Positions 1 to 7,943 of a DNA stretch of 64,000 bases are shown here, piece by piece. Made by a program: the position numbers and the translations under genes. The stretch spans positions 1-64,000 of IMG/VR virus record IMGVR_UViG_3300027719_000003; one strand, given 5' to 3'. This stretch comes from a virus. The number at the start of each line of letters is the position of its first letter. The first letter of the stretch is position 1. The notes beneath the pieces are model-generated. The model did not search any database. It was not told the origin of the DNA and saw nothing but the letters and a program-made list of their open reading frames with translations.

Positions 1-177
1 AGCCCTACCGTGCTCTGATATCTCCTCTACTGAGCACCCACAGCCCCTAATCAGATCATACAGCACACCACCACTCTGTACATCAAAGCCAACGTCTCTA
101 ATGGCGTCAACTATCCGAAGAGCACATTCCTTAATAGTCTCAGCGCTCTTTTCCTTAATCTCAATCTGTAGTACCAT
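1..177 (-). CDS. hypothetical protein (runs off window edge)
   Basis: ATG at 177 after AAGGGGGAG RBS; open frame MVLQIEIKEKSAETIKE... to window edge. Confidence 0.6.
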   Translation of the reverse strand, partial: MVLQIEIKEKSAETIKECALRIVDAIRDVGFDVQSGGVLYDLIRGCGCSVEEISEHGRA

Positions 178-205
178 TTTCTCCCCCTTCTAAAACCTTA
201 TAGAT

Positions 206-234
206 ACTATACTACTATTTCAGCTAGAAGTCAA
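206..234 (-). promoter_or_regulatory. sigma70-type promoter TTGACT-17-TATAGT
   Basis: Matches the recurrent phage promoter consensus CTTGACW-N17-TAYRST. Confidence 0.6.
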
Positions 235-431
235 GTATAATATCCGGCATAAATTATGTCGAGCTGTCTCATATCCATTCCCTTACTCTGTAAAAATGAA
301 ATAAATGACCACATTTCGCCTTCTGCGAATCCTCTAGGGGTATCGTATCCCTCTGTTTCTACATCTATGGACTTAGTGGCTATGTATTCCCTAATCAGCA
401 CAGATAGCCGCTCTTCAAAGGCATTATCCAT
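231..431 (-). CDS. hypothetical protein
   Basis: Start reassigned to MDNAFEE (ATG 431) after GGAGG RBS. Confidence 0.6.
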   Translation of the reverse strand: MDNAFEERLSVLIREYIATKSIDVETEGYDTPRGFAEGEMWSFISFLQSKGMDMRQLDIIYAGYYT

Positions 432-708
432 TCTGTACCTCCTCCCACAAATACTCAAATCTAACGATAGACGACGCTCTGAACGGCTGTATGATCCCCG
501 AAGGCATCCCTCGCCTATTCTTAGACGCCAACCCACCATTCCATATCTTGATGTGGAGCGATGGATCAAGCCCATTCTTTTTAGGCATGAGCACCTTCCA
601 TATCGTGCCTTCATACACCAATCCAGATGCAAGCGTCACCCGAACATCCTTGCCCTTATTGCGTTTACACTTCACCAAGTCTTCATAGGGTACTTTTGAT
701 CTGCCCAT
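424..708 (-). CDS. hypothetical protein
   Basis: Start reassigned to MGRSKVP (ATG 708) after purine-rich RBS; tightly packed with neighbours. Confidence 0.6.
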   Translation of the reverse strand: MGRSKVPYEDLVKCKRNKGKDVRVTLASGLVYEGTIWKVLMPKKNGLDPSLHIKIWNGGLASKNRRGMPSGIIQPFRASSIVRFEYLWEEVQNG

Positions 709-913
709 CCTCTTCTCCCCACCTGTCAATGGGACGAGATGTTGCATATTCATAGAACATCTTTTCGCCCATAGCAATCCATCCAGCACAAAAAGTTTCC
801 TCAGACCAATCGGAATAAAATGATGCAATGTCTACGTCGTCCCAGTCGTCGAAAGCGTTTCCAAGTAATCTAATAACAGCTATAGACTCAAGTTGGTATG
901 GTCGAAGTTCCAT
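683..913 (-). CDS. hypothetical protein
   Basis: 76-aa ORF with GAGG RBS, operon-like packing. Confidence 0.55.
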   Translation of the reverse strand: MELRPYQLESIAVIRLLGNAFDDWDDVDIASFYSDWSEETFCAGWIAMGEKMFYEYATSRPIDRWGEEDGQIKSTL

Positions 914-916
914 ATT

Positions 917-1303
917 CTACCTCACATCTATACTCGGCACGATCACCGATGGCTTAAAGACCACCCTATAATGCGAAGTAGATACGGCACTAGCCTCAAG
1001 TGCCTCAGAAAAGTACGTCACGTTATCCGACAGGCCAAGGTAGTGCTTCAGGTACTCCCCACTATCCGTTTTTACCGTGACGACAAGATCACCGTCGCTA
1101 TCAACGATAATAGCAAGCCTACCCTCTATGGTGAGAATATACTCACCGTTGATGCCATTGTAGAACACAACACGGCGGTACACATTGAAATTCTGTTCCT
1201 CTCTCTCAAGATTAGCTCTAGCCACAGTTGCATCGTTGACGCAACCAGTGATGGATACTGCCACCATAACAGCCGCCAGAATCACAAAAATAACCTTCTT
1301 CAT
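917..1303 (-). CDS. phage lipoprotein
   Basis: Signal peptide with lipobox (ITG-C); C-terminal KHYLGLSDNVTYF motif typical of a common phage lipoprotein family. Confidence 0.75.
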   Translation of the reverse strand: MKKVIFVILAAVMVAVSITGCVNDATVARANLEREEQNFNVYRRVVFYNGINGEYILTIEGRLAIIVDSDGDLVVTVKTDSGEYLKHYLGLSDNVTYFSEALEASAVSTSHYRVVFKPSVIVPSIDVR

Positions 1304-1322
1304 CTTGTCCTCCTTATGTTTG

Positions 1323-1351
1323 TTTAGTCAGGTTGAAGCAGTTGTTATACG
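1323..1351 (-). mobile_element. truncated attC-like recombination site (R'' and L'' half)
   Basis: CGTATAAC-AACTG-CTTCAACC-TGACTAAA; 25 bp identical to 52204-52228; the inverse core is complementary to GTTATACG at 2171-2178. Confidence 0.75.
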
Positions 1352-2119
1352 TCTTTCTATTATCTTACAATATTCTTCTGATATTTCAGAACCGATCCAG
1401 TTACGCTTATTGAGCATTGCCATTTTAGCTGTGGTTCCTGAGCCCATGAAGGGGTCGTAAACCAAGTCTCCTTCATTGCTCCATGATATGATATGATCGT
1501 TAGCTAATTGTTCTGGAAATATAGCGGGGTGTTGAAAAGCGATTTTGTCTTGTGTAGAATGTCCTGCCCCGGCATTTATTCTCCAGATATTACCTTTTAT
1601 CTTATCTACACCAACAGGTTTCCTTTTCTTTTCTGATCGAGCCGCCCTGTTTACTTCATCTGTTTTAGAGAAATAGCTGTTTTGTCGTGCTGTTTCTTTT
1701 TCTGGGTACAAGCAAGGCACACGGATAGGATTAAATGTTTTTGGTGCTCCTTTAGAGAGCACAAACATATATTCAAAATCCTGCTCATATCTGTTATGGT
1801 TTTTAGGTAGGCAGTTTTTATGATATATCATAGTGTCATGCAGATTAAAACCACATTCCTTAAAAAATAATGCTTGTCTAAACGAAGTACCCGTTTCGCT
1901 TCTTTTAATCGTAGCATCACCAACAACCCAAACCACAACCCCGCCTTGCTTTGTCACTCTATATAGCTCTTTAGCTACTGCCTCAAAATCAAAACTATAG
2001 CCATTGTAGGTTCTCAGATTGTCATAAGGAGGGCTTGTCACAGTTAGGTCAATAAAGTTGTCTGGCATCCTTGCCATAGTGTCAAGGCAGTTTTCATTGT
2101 AGCATTTATTTATTTCCAA
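1328..2119 (-). CDS. DNA methyltransferase (N4-C/N6-A, beta class), borne on a cassette
   Basis: TSPPY catalytic motif, HPAIFP, DPFMGSGTT SAM-binding motif. Confidence 0.92.
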   Translation of the reverse strand: MEINKCYNENCLDTMARMPDNFIDLTVTSPPYDNLRTYNGYSFDFEAVAKELYRVTKQGGVVVWVVGDATIKRSETGTSFRQALFFKECGFNLHDTMIYHKNCLPKNHNRYEQDFEYMFVLSKGAPKTFNPIRVPCLYPEKETARQNSYFSKTDEVNRAARSEKKRKPVGVDKIKGNIWRINAGAGHSTQDKIAFQHPAIFPEQLANDHIISWSNEGDLVYDPFMGSGTTAKMAMLNKRNWIGSEISEEYCKIIERRITTAST

Positions 2120-2182
2120 TTCTTTCTCCTTTGCGGATTGTAGGCATAACTTGTTATGCCTTTTGCCGTCCGTATAACTATG

Positions 2183-2221
2183 ATTATACCTATCGGTATA
2201 ACTACATCCAAAAATCCCTAT
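2183..2221 (-). promoter_or_regulatory. 39-bp repeated promoter/attI-like element, copy 1
   Basis: ATAGGGATTTTTGGATGTAGTTATACCGATAGGTATAAT identical to 52593-52631; TTGGAT-17-TATAAT with palindrome TTATACC-GATA-GGTATAA. Confidence 0.8.
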
Positions 2222-2313
2222 ATACGAGCAGTTGGGTTCGAACCAACGTCCACATGGTGCATTACCTAATGCTACGGTAGCGAACGGAGGACTCGAACCC
2301 CAATCTCCATGTG
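2222..2313 (-). ncRNA. tRNA-like (circularly permuted, YrlA-like) structured RNA
   Basis: Two T-arms (GGGG-TTCGAGT-CCTC; GTTGG-TTCGAAC-CCAAC), a D-arm (TAGCATTAGGTAATGC) and a 7-bp closing stem CACATGG/CCATGTG; no canonical acceptor stem or anticodon loop. Confidence 0.5.
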
Positions 2314-2348
2314 TGTCCTAGTCCTCGTAGACGATGCTCGCATGAACT

Positions 2349-2906
2349 CTACATCCTCCCAAAAATGATATTAACATACTCAATAGTCGATGCCGGAATA
2401 TCCCCACTAAGTACTCGTTCCAACCCGGCATTATACGAAGCGAATGCCAATTTCCAGTCCCCCGTTTGATCATATAGAAACGCCAAATGCTTTCCGGCGA
2501 ATTCCAATGCATCATTGACATTACTAGGGCAAAATCCCTCTATATTGTACTTCCACCCAAAATACTTCACATATTTGGAATTTACTTGCACCAATCCAAT
2601 ATCATAGGAGCCATTAGTATTAGGGCCACTCATCTTTTCTGGATCAAACCCTGACTCCCACTCTACCATATTGATAAAGTATTCAAGGGGGATATTATAC
2701 TCCATGCAAGTAAAAACCAGCTTTTCTCGAATGGCTTCCGGTACTCTGTCGAGAGGGGACGGAGTGAAGTCTACTATGCCAATATCATCCATTTTGTCTC
2801 CGTACACAACCTCAAATGGAAGAGGTAAGTATGCACTTGCCCCAATAGATGTCAGGATCGCCAGCACTACTAAGCCCACTCCTGTTTTACGCACTGGTGT
2901 CACCAC
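2349..2906 (-). CDS. membrane-anchored lytic transglycosylase (SLT family)
   Basis: N-terminal hydrophobic helix; WESGF catalytic motif, GLVQVN, ASYNAG. Confidence 0.88.
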   Translation of the reverse strand: MVTPVRKTGVGLVVLAILTSIGASAYLPLPFEVVYGDKMDDIGIVDFTPSPLDRVPEAIREKLVFTCMEYNIPLEYFINMVEWESGFDPEKMSGPNTNGSYDIGLVQVNSKYVKYFGWKYNIEGFCPSNVNDALEFAGKHLAFLYDQTGDWKLAFASYNAGLERVLSGDIPASTIEYVNIIFGRM

Positions 2907-3364
2907 GAATCGATGGAATGGATAAACTCAACACCTTTGTCAGTGTCAAACCAGAATCTTCGACGCCATGCGCGCACTTCAATCAAATCTTTGGTCTGAA
3001 CTACTTCATCCTCCATCAGCATTGCAATGGCCAGTATCGACAGCCGATCAGAATGATCCACTGTTTTGATTATATAATGCTTTGTAACCTTTGGTTGTGT
3101 GTCCAATATATATGCCTTTTCAGTAGTCAAGGCAGACAATTTCCCTACACGCGGCCAGAATACATAGGATATTCCCGGAACCCGTATGAGATATGATTCG
3201 TCTTCCCGAATAGAGCCATTCAGTTTACAAAACATGCCTTCTGGAGTATGTTCATACGGATCGGCACCAGCAGGCACCACAGCCACTACAACTCCTGCCC
3301 GCTCTATATTCACCCCCCCTACTGGAATCTCCCAATAAACCTGATCGCCACAATTAAACTTCAT
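2900..3364 (-). CDS. hypothetical protein
   Basis: 154-aa ORF with GGAGG RBS and upstream promoter. Confidence 0.7.
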   Translation of the reverse strand: MKFNCGDQVYWEIPVGGVNIERAGVVVAVVPAGADPYEHTPEGMFCKLNGSIREDESYLIRVPGISYVFWPRVGKLSALTTEKAYILDTQPKVTKHYIIKTVDHSDRLSILAIAMLMEDEVVQTKDLIEVRAWRRRFWFDTDKGVEFIHSIDSW

Positions 3365-3388
3365 GTACGCCTCCTCGTTGATATAAAT

Positions 3389-3417
3389 AGTGTACTACAA
3401 CTTCAGGGAAAAGTCAA
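3389..3417 (-). promoter_or_regulatory. promoter TTGACT-17-TACACT
   Basis: Consensus match. Confidence 0.65.
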
Positions 3418-4724
3418 GCATAATCGTCTGGCCTCTGCTCAAACAATCTCTCTAACTGATCCCCTCGCTGGTCAGCCCTATTGTACAATGCTTCATCAAA
3501 CACGATCTTCACCCCTATCGACTTCTTCACCGACAATGCGAACTCATCCCAATACGGCGACCCTAGCACAAGGTCGGCAGGATATGGTGTCCTATTCTTT
3601 CTCGCCGCCATTCTCCCAAGGAATTCCGCAAGCCCCAGCATGGCATTCCTACCTATGATAGTGCCATACCGTTTATCCTGCTCAACCAAATCTTTCCTAT
3701 GTTCCAGATACCAGTTGTGGAGTTTCCATAATGCGGCCACTACCGGCTCACTAAAATCAAACCGTTGGTACATTCGCTTTATCATCTTCAGTGCATCTTG
3801 GAAAATCTGGTCAGCTACCATCTCATCCTTATCGCTCTTCTCGATCTTGGCAACCGGCTTGAAGGGAACCTTCTTTCCGGTACGCATCTCGGCTATCGCG
3901 TCGAGCAACGGACTCTTCCCTGACTTGAAGTTACGGAAGAAATTCGGTAGGGACGTGACATACGCTGGTATACGCTTACACGCTTCGGCTATCTCCTCTG
4001 CTGTCACGGGGCCTATCGTCGTATAGTCATAGCTCGGATTCTCTGGCTTGTACTTGGCTACGAAGGAACCATCGAGTAGGGCACCATACTGATTGTAGAC
4101 TGTAGTTATACCTTTATACGTCTTGCCATTACCATCCTGTATCTTCGGTTTAAGGTGTGATACTTCCTTAACATGATCTATAAACGAAATGAACCAATCA
4201 GGTAGTGGCTTGGATTTGGATTCTTCGGGGAATAAATTATCACCTGAAGGAGTGGGCTGGGGCACTACTGCACCTGTAGCCTTATACTGCAACCACTCCT
4301 TGCACACGGTCTCTGTATCAATGTCTGCCTTCGTTTGATAGAACAGAAAATGACGGACTTGCATGGGTATGTGAAAGTACACACGATGTCCCGTCTCGGG
4401 ATCATGTTGGTTATACTTTTCTAACAGGCCACGCTCTACCAGTTTACGTATCACTGTGCTAAGGTTATGCGTACTCGACACTGGTACCATTTTATAGTAT
4501 CGCAAAAAGGTTGAGTAACACATCCACGCATAGTCTTTACCATCTATAATGAGGATGTTAGTCTTAGTACCATCCAGCAACCACTTGATCCATCCTAACA
4601 ACGCGGCCTCAGTGTAGGATAGATTATATTCTGCGGCGACGGGGCCATAGATACCCCCACCACAGGGGTATCGAGCTGTCTCTCTCCATGAAGCACATAG
4701 CTCCTGTAACTCATCTGTAGCCAT
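3414..4724 (-). CDS. putative replication initiator / winged-helix DNA-binding protein
   Basis: N-terminal pattern AALLGWIKW...DGKDYAWMCY...VIRKLVERGLL resembles phage replication-initiator wHTH domains. Confidence 0.5.
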   Translation of the reverse strand: MATDELQELCASWRETARYPCGGGIYGPVAAEYNLSYTEAALLGWIKWLLDGTKTNILIIDGKDYAWMCYSTFLRYYKMVPVSSTHNLSTVIRKLVERGLLEKYNQHDPETGHRVYFHIPMQVRHFLFYQTKADIDTETVCKEWLQYKATGAVVPQPTPSGDNLFPEESKSKPLPDWFISFIDHVKEVSHLKPKIQDGNGKTYKGITTVYNQYGALLDGSFVAKYKPENPSYDYTTIGPVTAEEIAEACKRIPAYVTSLPNFFRNFKSGKSPLLDAIAEMRTGKKVPFKPVAKIEKSDKDEMVADQIFQDALKMIKRMYQRFDFSEPVVAALWKLHNWYLEHRKDLVEQDKRYGTIIGRNAMLGLAEFLGRMAARKNRTPYPADLVLGSPYWDEFALSVKKSIGVKIVFDEALYNRADQRGDQLERLFEQRPDDYA

Positions 4725-4787
4725 ATTTGTCCTCCAATATACAGTGAGGGTACTGCCCTAAAATTGGAGCAGTACCCGCTTACTATA

Positions 4788-5714
4788 CTAGTCTGTGATT
4801 ATATCAGGGTAATATTCAGGGCACCCGTCATCAGGATTATTTACATAAGTGACTTTAACCCAATCACTATCTTCCGGGGGCATACCCTGCCAACACGCTT
4901 CATCACTGCATTTATTGTCGTCACACTCGGGGTGTTCTGCGGCCCATACAATAAGACTAGGCATCACAGACAGCAACCACTTCTCAAGTTGACGTATCTT
5001 CACAGCCGCCTGTAAGTATGTCTCATCCTCATCCATACGGGACACGAAAGCAAGAACATCTTCATCAATAGCTTTTTGCGTAGGCAGATCACTCTGATTT
5101 AGATACCCCTGTGCTCTAAGATAAGGGAATACAGCCTTCCATGGAACATTACTAAAATGTTTAACACATAAGCCAATACTAATAACACTCTCACACTGCA
5201 TCAAGGCATCATAATCTGCCAATTTAGAAGCAATATCTGTATCACTATCTAGTGGTACCTCTTGTGAAACTCCATTAATAGAAGTAGCTACAGTGTGCCA
5301 CCCATTAGTAAATCCGCCCTTAAATATGTCAAACGTAACCGATGCCCTTGTTTCCATTGTGCCACTCTCATCTAAAAACTGTAATGGGGGTACTCTGCTA
5401 AGGAATTCATCCAAAGAAAGTCTAAACAACTCCCCATTATTGACTCTGTAGGAACCAAACTCCTTGTGTAGATATTGCTCTATTTCTGCATGGTTAGTAC
5501 ACGCCTGAGTAAATGCGATTCGTCCAATAACAACATCAGAATAATTAAATGCAGAACTTTTAAGAGCACGTGATCTTTTTCTAAGATGAGTTGTGTGCCC
5601 TATTTTTATGCAGTCCCCATACTCTAGTGCATACACGTGCCCAAACCATACAGGGCTTTTCTTGGGTAAAGCCCCCACATCATCCACGATAGTCCAATCA
5701 GTCTGCTTATCCAT
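4788..5714 (-). CDS. T5orf172/GIY-YIG-like domain plus antirepressor KilAC-like domain
   Basis: GHVYAL...IKIGHT...EQYLH...GELF (T5orf172); YDALMQCE...VFPYLRAQGYL...LPTQKAID (KilAC-like). Confidence 0.72.
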   Translation of the reverse strand: MDKQTDWTIVDDVGALPKKSPVWFGHVYALEYGDCIKIGHTTHLRKRSRALKSSAFNYSDVVIGRIAFTQACTNHAEIEQYLHKEFGSYRVNNGELFRLSLDEFLSRVPPLQFLDESGTMETRASVTFDIFKGGFTNGWHTVATSINGVSQEVPLDSDTDIASKLADYDALMQCESVISIGLCVKHFSNVPWKAVFPYLRAQGYLNQSDLPTQKAIDEDVLAFVSRMDEDETYLQAAVKIRQLEKWLLSVMPSLIVWAAEHPECDDNKCSDEACWQGMPPEDSDWVKVTYVNNPDDGCPEYYPDIITD

Positions 5715-5736
5715 ATAGTCCTCCTAGAAACGAAAA

Positions 5737-5857
5737 GGAGATTATAGAGTCCCCCGTGCAAGGGTTGGGGCTAGGTAGCGGCTAGCCTTGGACTCTATAA
5801 TCTCCCTAATAACTCTGCTACTGCGAAGTATCATGACGGTTGCACCCGGCATGATGC
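5737..5857 (-). ncRNA. c4-antisense-like structured leader / attenuator
   Basis: 16-bp stem (5737-5752/5790-5805) enclosing two hairpins; loops GCTAC and TTGCAC are complementary to upstream GTAGC and GTGCAA. Confidence 0.45.
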
Positions 5858-5861
5858 AAGT

Positions 5862-5890
5862 AGTGTAGCACACTTTTTCGATTTTGTCAA
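5862..5890 (-). promoter_or_regulatory. promoter TTGACA-17-TACACT
   Basis: Consensus match; a second copy lies at 5959-5987. Confidence 0.65.
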
Positions 5891-6019
5891 GTACTATTTT
5901 CAATACCCGCCATACTGCCACTATGAGGGGGCACATCCCTCCACCGCAGTATAGCAGGAGTGTATCATGCAATCACAGATTAGTCAAGCACTATGGAGGT
6001 ATAAACCATAGAGGGGGTA

Positions 6020-6192
6020 GGTCTTATAAATAGATGGGGTGGTCTTAAAAGTAAACCGACCCCGGTCTTAAAAGTAAACCTTCTTAATATAATCATATAG
6101 ATAATAAATAATATAGTATACTATCATATACTATATTATTTATTGGAATGATAGTGTTATTCTTAACAGAATAACAGGCGAAAATTCGCCTT
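6020..6192. repeat. putative replication origin (iterons, AT-rich tract, palindromes)
   Basis: GGTCTTAAAAGTAAACC twice plus a degenerate copy, followed by an AT-rich stretch with a 14-bp inverted repeat AATAATATAGTATA/TATACTATATTATT. Confidence 0.45.
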
Positions 6193-6438
6193 CTTCTTTT
6201 TTCAGTGGACTGTAAGAAGGTACAAGATGCTATCCACCTGAAGATAATCTATAAGTAGTTATTGCGTTTTTCGCCCATCGCACCCATCATTATGCCTCCA
6301 TCCCGTCGCTATAGCGGTTTCCTGCGTCACCACGGCGTTTTCTGAACGAGTGCCATAGTTTCCCTCTATATAATGGTGCATTGATTCTAGGGGCCTTCTC
6401 GTTGAATCTAGGATAGGTAGGAATTTGTAGGATTTTGC

Positions 6439-6467
6439 TTGACTTTTTGTATGAGTGGTAGTACACT
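6439..6467 (+). promoter_or_regulatory. promoter TTGACT-17-TACACT
   Basis: Consensus match; the TTG start used by the ORF track is the -35 box. Confidence 0.7.
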
Positions 6468-6498
6468 CTGTTTAAGTTTTTGGAAGGAGGGTACAATC

Positions 6499-7251
6499 AT
6501 CTGTGACTTTATTTCTTGGATAGAGAAAGACGGAAAGCTCTACTGGTCTAGGGATGACGAAGTAGAGGCCGAATATGGTGAGATAACCAATCAACATTGT
6601 GGGCATGGTACCATACGGGAACTGCACAAGTTGAAGGGTGGTATTGAGTATGAGTCTGCCCTCAAGATTCCGCGAGAGATAGCGGCCTCAGTAAATCGTG
6701 GCGAGATGAAGAAACTTGCCAAGGCTGGTGGTTGGCACGGGGCACACTACACTGTTGGTGGTGCGAATAATACCACCTATTGGATTAGGTTCAAAAAAGA
6801 ATTGAAGAAGTATAAGGGAGTAACCTATATTTTGGATAACCACGGCCCCATTGATCCTGAGTGGAGGATATTTGACACGAGGGAACAGGCTAGGGAACAG
6901 GCTAGGGATCAGGCTAGGGATCAGGCTTGGGAACAGGCTTGGGAACAGGCTAGGGAACAGGCTAGGGAACAGGCTAGGGAACAGGCTTGGGAACAGGCTA
7001 GGGATCAGGCTAGGGATCAGGCTAGGGATCAGGCTAGGGATCAGGCTAGGGGTCAGGCGTGGTATCAGGCTAGGGATCAGGCTAGGGATCAGGCGTGGGA
7101 TCAGGCATATGTAGTGTCTGCCGTACTTCTTGAAGGCTACGAGACTTCAGAATGGTACGCCTATTGTAAGAAGCGTCTGGATATATGGGAAGCAGGATAT
7201 GGTGTACTATGCGATATCAACGGAGTCTTCTATGTGTATAAGAGCCTATAG
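6499..7251 (+). CDS. hypothetical protein with (R/W)xQA tetrapeptide repeats; apparent ATC start
   Basis: Long open frame; GGAGGG RBS 7 nt before ATC-TGT-GAC. Confidence 0.7.
   Translation: MCDFISWIEKDGKLYWSRDDEVEAEYGEITNQHCGHGTIRELHKLKGGIEYESALKIPREIAASVNRGEMKKLAKAGGWHGAHYTVGGANNTTYWIRFKKELKKYKGVTYILDNHGPIDPEWRIFDTREQAREQARDQARDQAWEQAWEQAREQAREQAREQAWEQARDQARDQARDQARDQARGQAWYQARDQARDQAWDQAYVVSAVLLEGYETSEWYAYCKKRLDIWEAGYGVLCDINGVFYVYKSL
6880..7107 (+). repeat. 19 x 12-bp coding tandem repeat
   Basis: Mostly (A/T)GG GA(A/T) CAG GCT units. Confidence 0.95.
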
Positions 7252-7343
7252 ATAATATAGTTGTCAGGAGTATAACATATATTCCTGACAATTTGCTTGA
7301 CTTCTAGGTAGGATTGCAGTACACCATTGGTACGGAGGAATTT

Positions 7344-7613
7344 ATGGTACAGGCTAGGCCGTTCGAGATTGGTGGCGTTGTGGTTCAGGGTCATTATGTT
7401 ATCATAGCTGATGACGTGGTGTTGCTTCAGGCTGATTACAACATCGTGGCTATGAAGCGGGATGGGAAGATGTATGTGGATAGATCACGAGTAGTGGATG
7501 GTATGCTACGAATAGGGTGCTACAATTCGATTGCATTCTTTTTTGGGCACCATGAATTACATACTAGGCAGTTTGAGTGTGCCGATCTAAACAACGGAGA
7601 CCTGATCCGTTAA
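7344..7613 (+). CDS. hypothetical protein
   Basis: ATG 7344 after GGAGG; promoter TTGACT-17-TACACC at 7297-7325. Confidence 0.65.
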   Translation: MVQARPFEIGGVVVQGHYVIIADDVVLLQADYNIVAMKRDGKMYVDRSRVVDGMLRIGCYNSIAFFFGHHELHTRQFECADLNNGDLIR

Positions 7614-7699
7614 ATAAAATTTATTTTCCAGAAAACGGAAAACCGACAAATGCGCTCGGGATGGAAGATAAACCGACAAAGATACTAAGGAGAAAGACT

Positions 7700-7849
7700 A
7701 TGAAGAGATCAACCGAATACCGATTTGAACAGAAAATAAAGCATGGAGAACTGAAGAAAGTAATACTTTGTTCAGAAGCAGGAGAAGAAATTCTCTATCA
7801 GAAAAACAATTATCGGGAAAGAGATTACAGAAAAGAATGTAGAAACTAA
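7700..7849 (+). CDS. small basic hypothetical protein
   Basis: AAGGAG RBS, MKRSTEYRFEQKIK... Confidence 0.45.
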   Translation: MKRSTEYRFEQKIKHGELKKVILCSEAGEEILYQKNNYRERDYRKECRN

Positions 7850-7900
7850 CAAAAGAACAAACATATTCTGCAAAGAATAAGTAACAAAGTGACAAAAGAT

Positions 7901-7943
7901 AAACGTGATATTGCCAGAAACAAAAGGTAATATCACGTTTTTT
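7901..7943 (+). terminator. rho-independent terminator
   Basis: AAACGTGATATTGCC/GGTAATATCACGTTT stem plus T tract. Confidence 0.65.

Noticed and set aside
2222-2313. Canonical tRNA gene
   Set aside because: No pairing acceptor stem and no 7-nt anticodon loop; kept only as a tRNA-like RNA.
6880-7107. Possible CRISPR array
   Set aside because: Contiguous 12-bp units with no unique spacers, in frame within a coding sequence; no cas genes.
6851-7114. Alternate-frame (RLGN/RLGI)n ORF
   Set aside because: By-product of the tandem repeat; no RBS.
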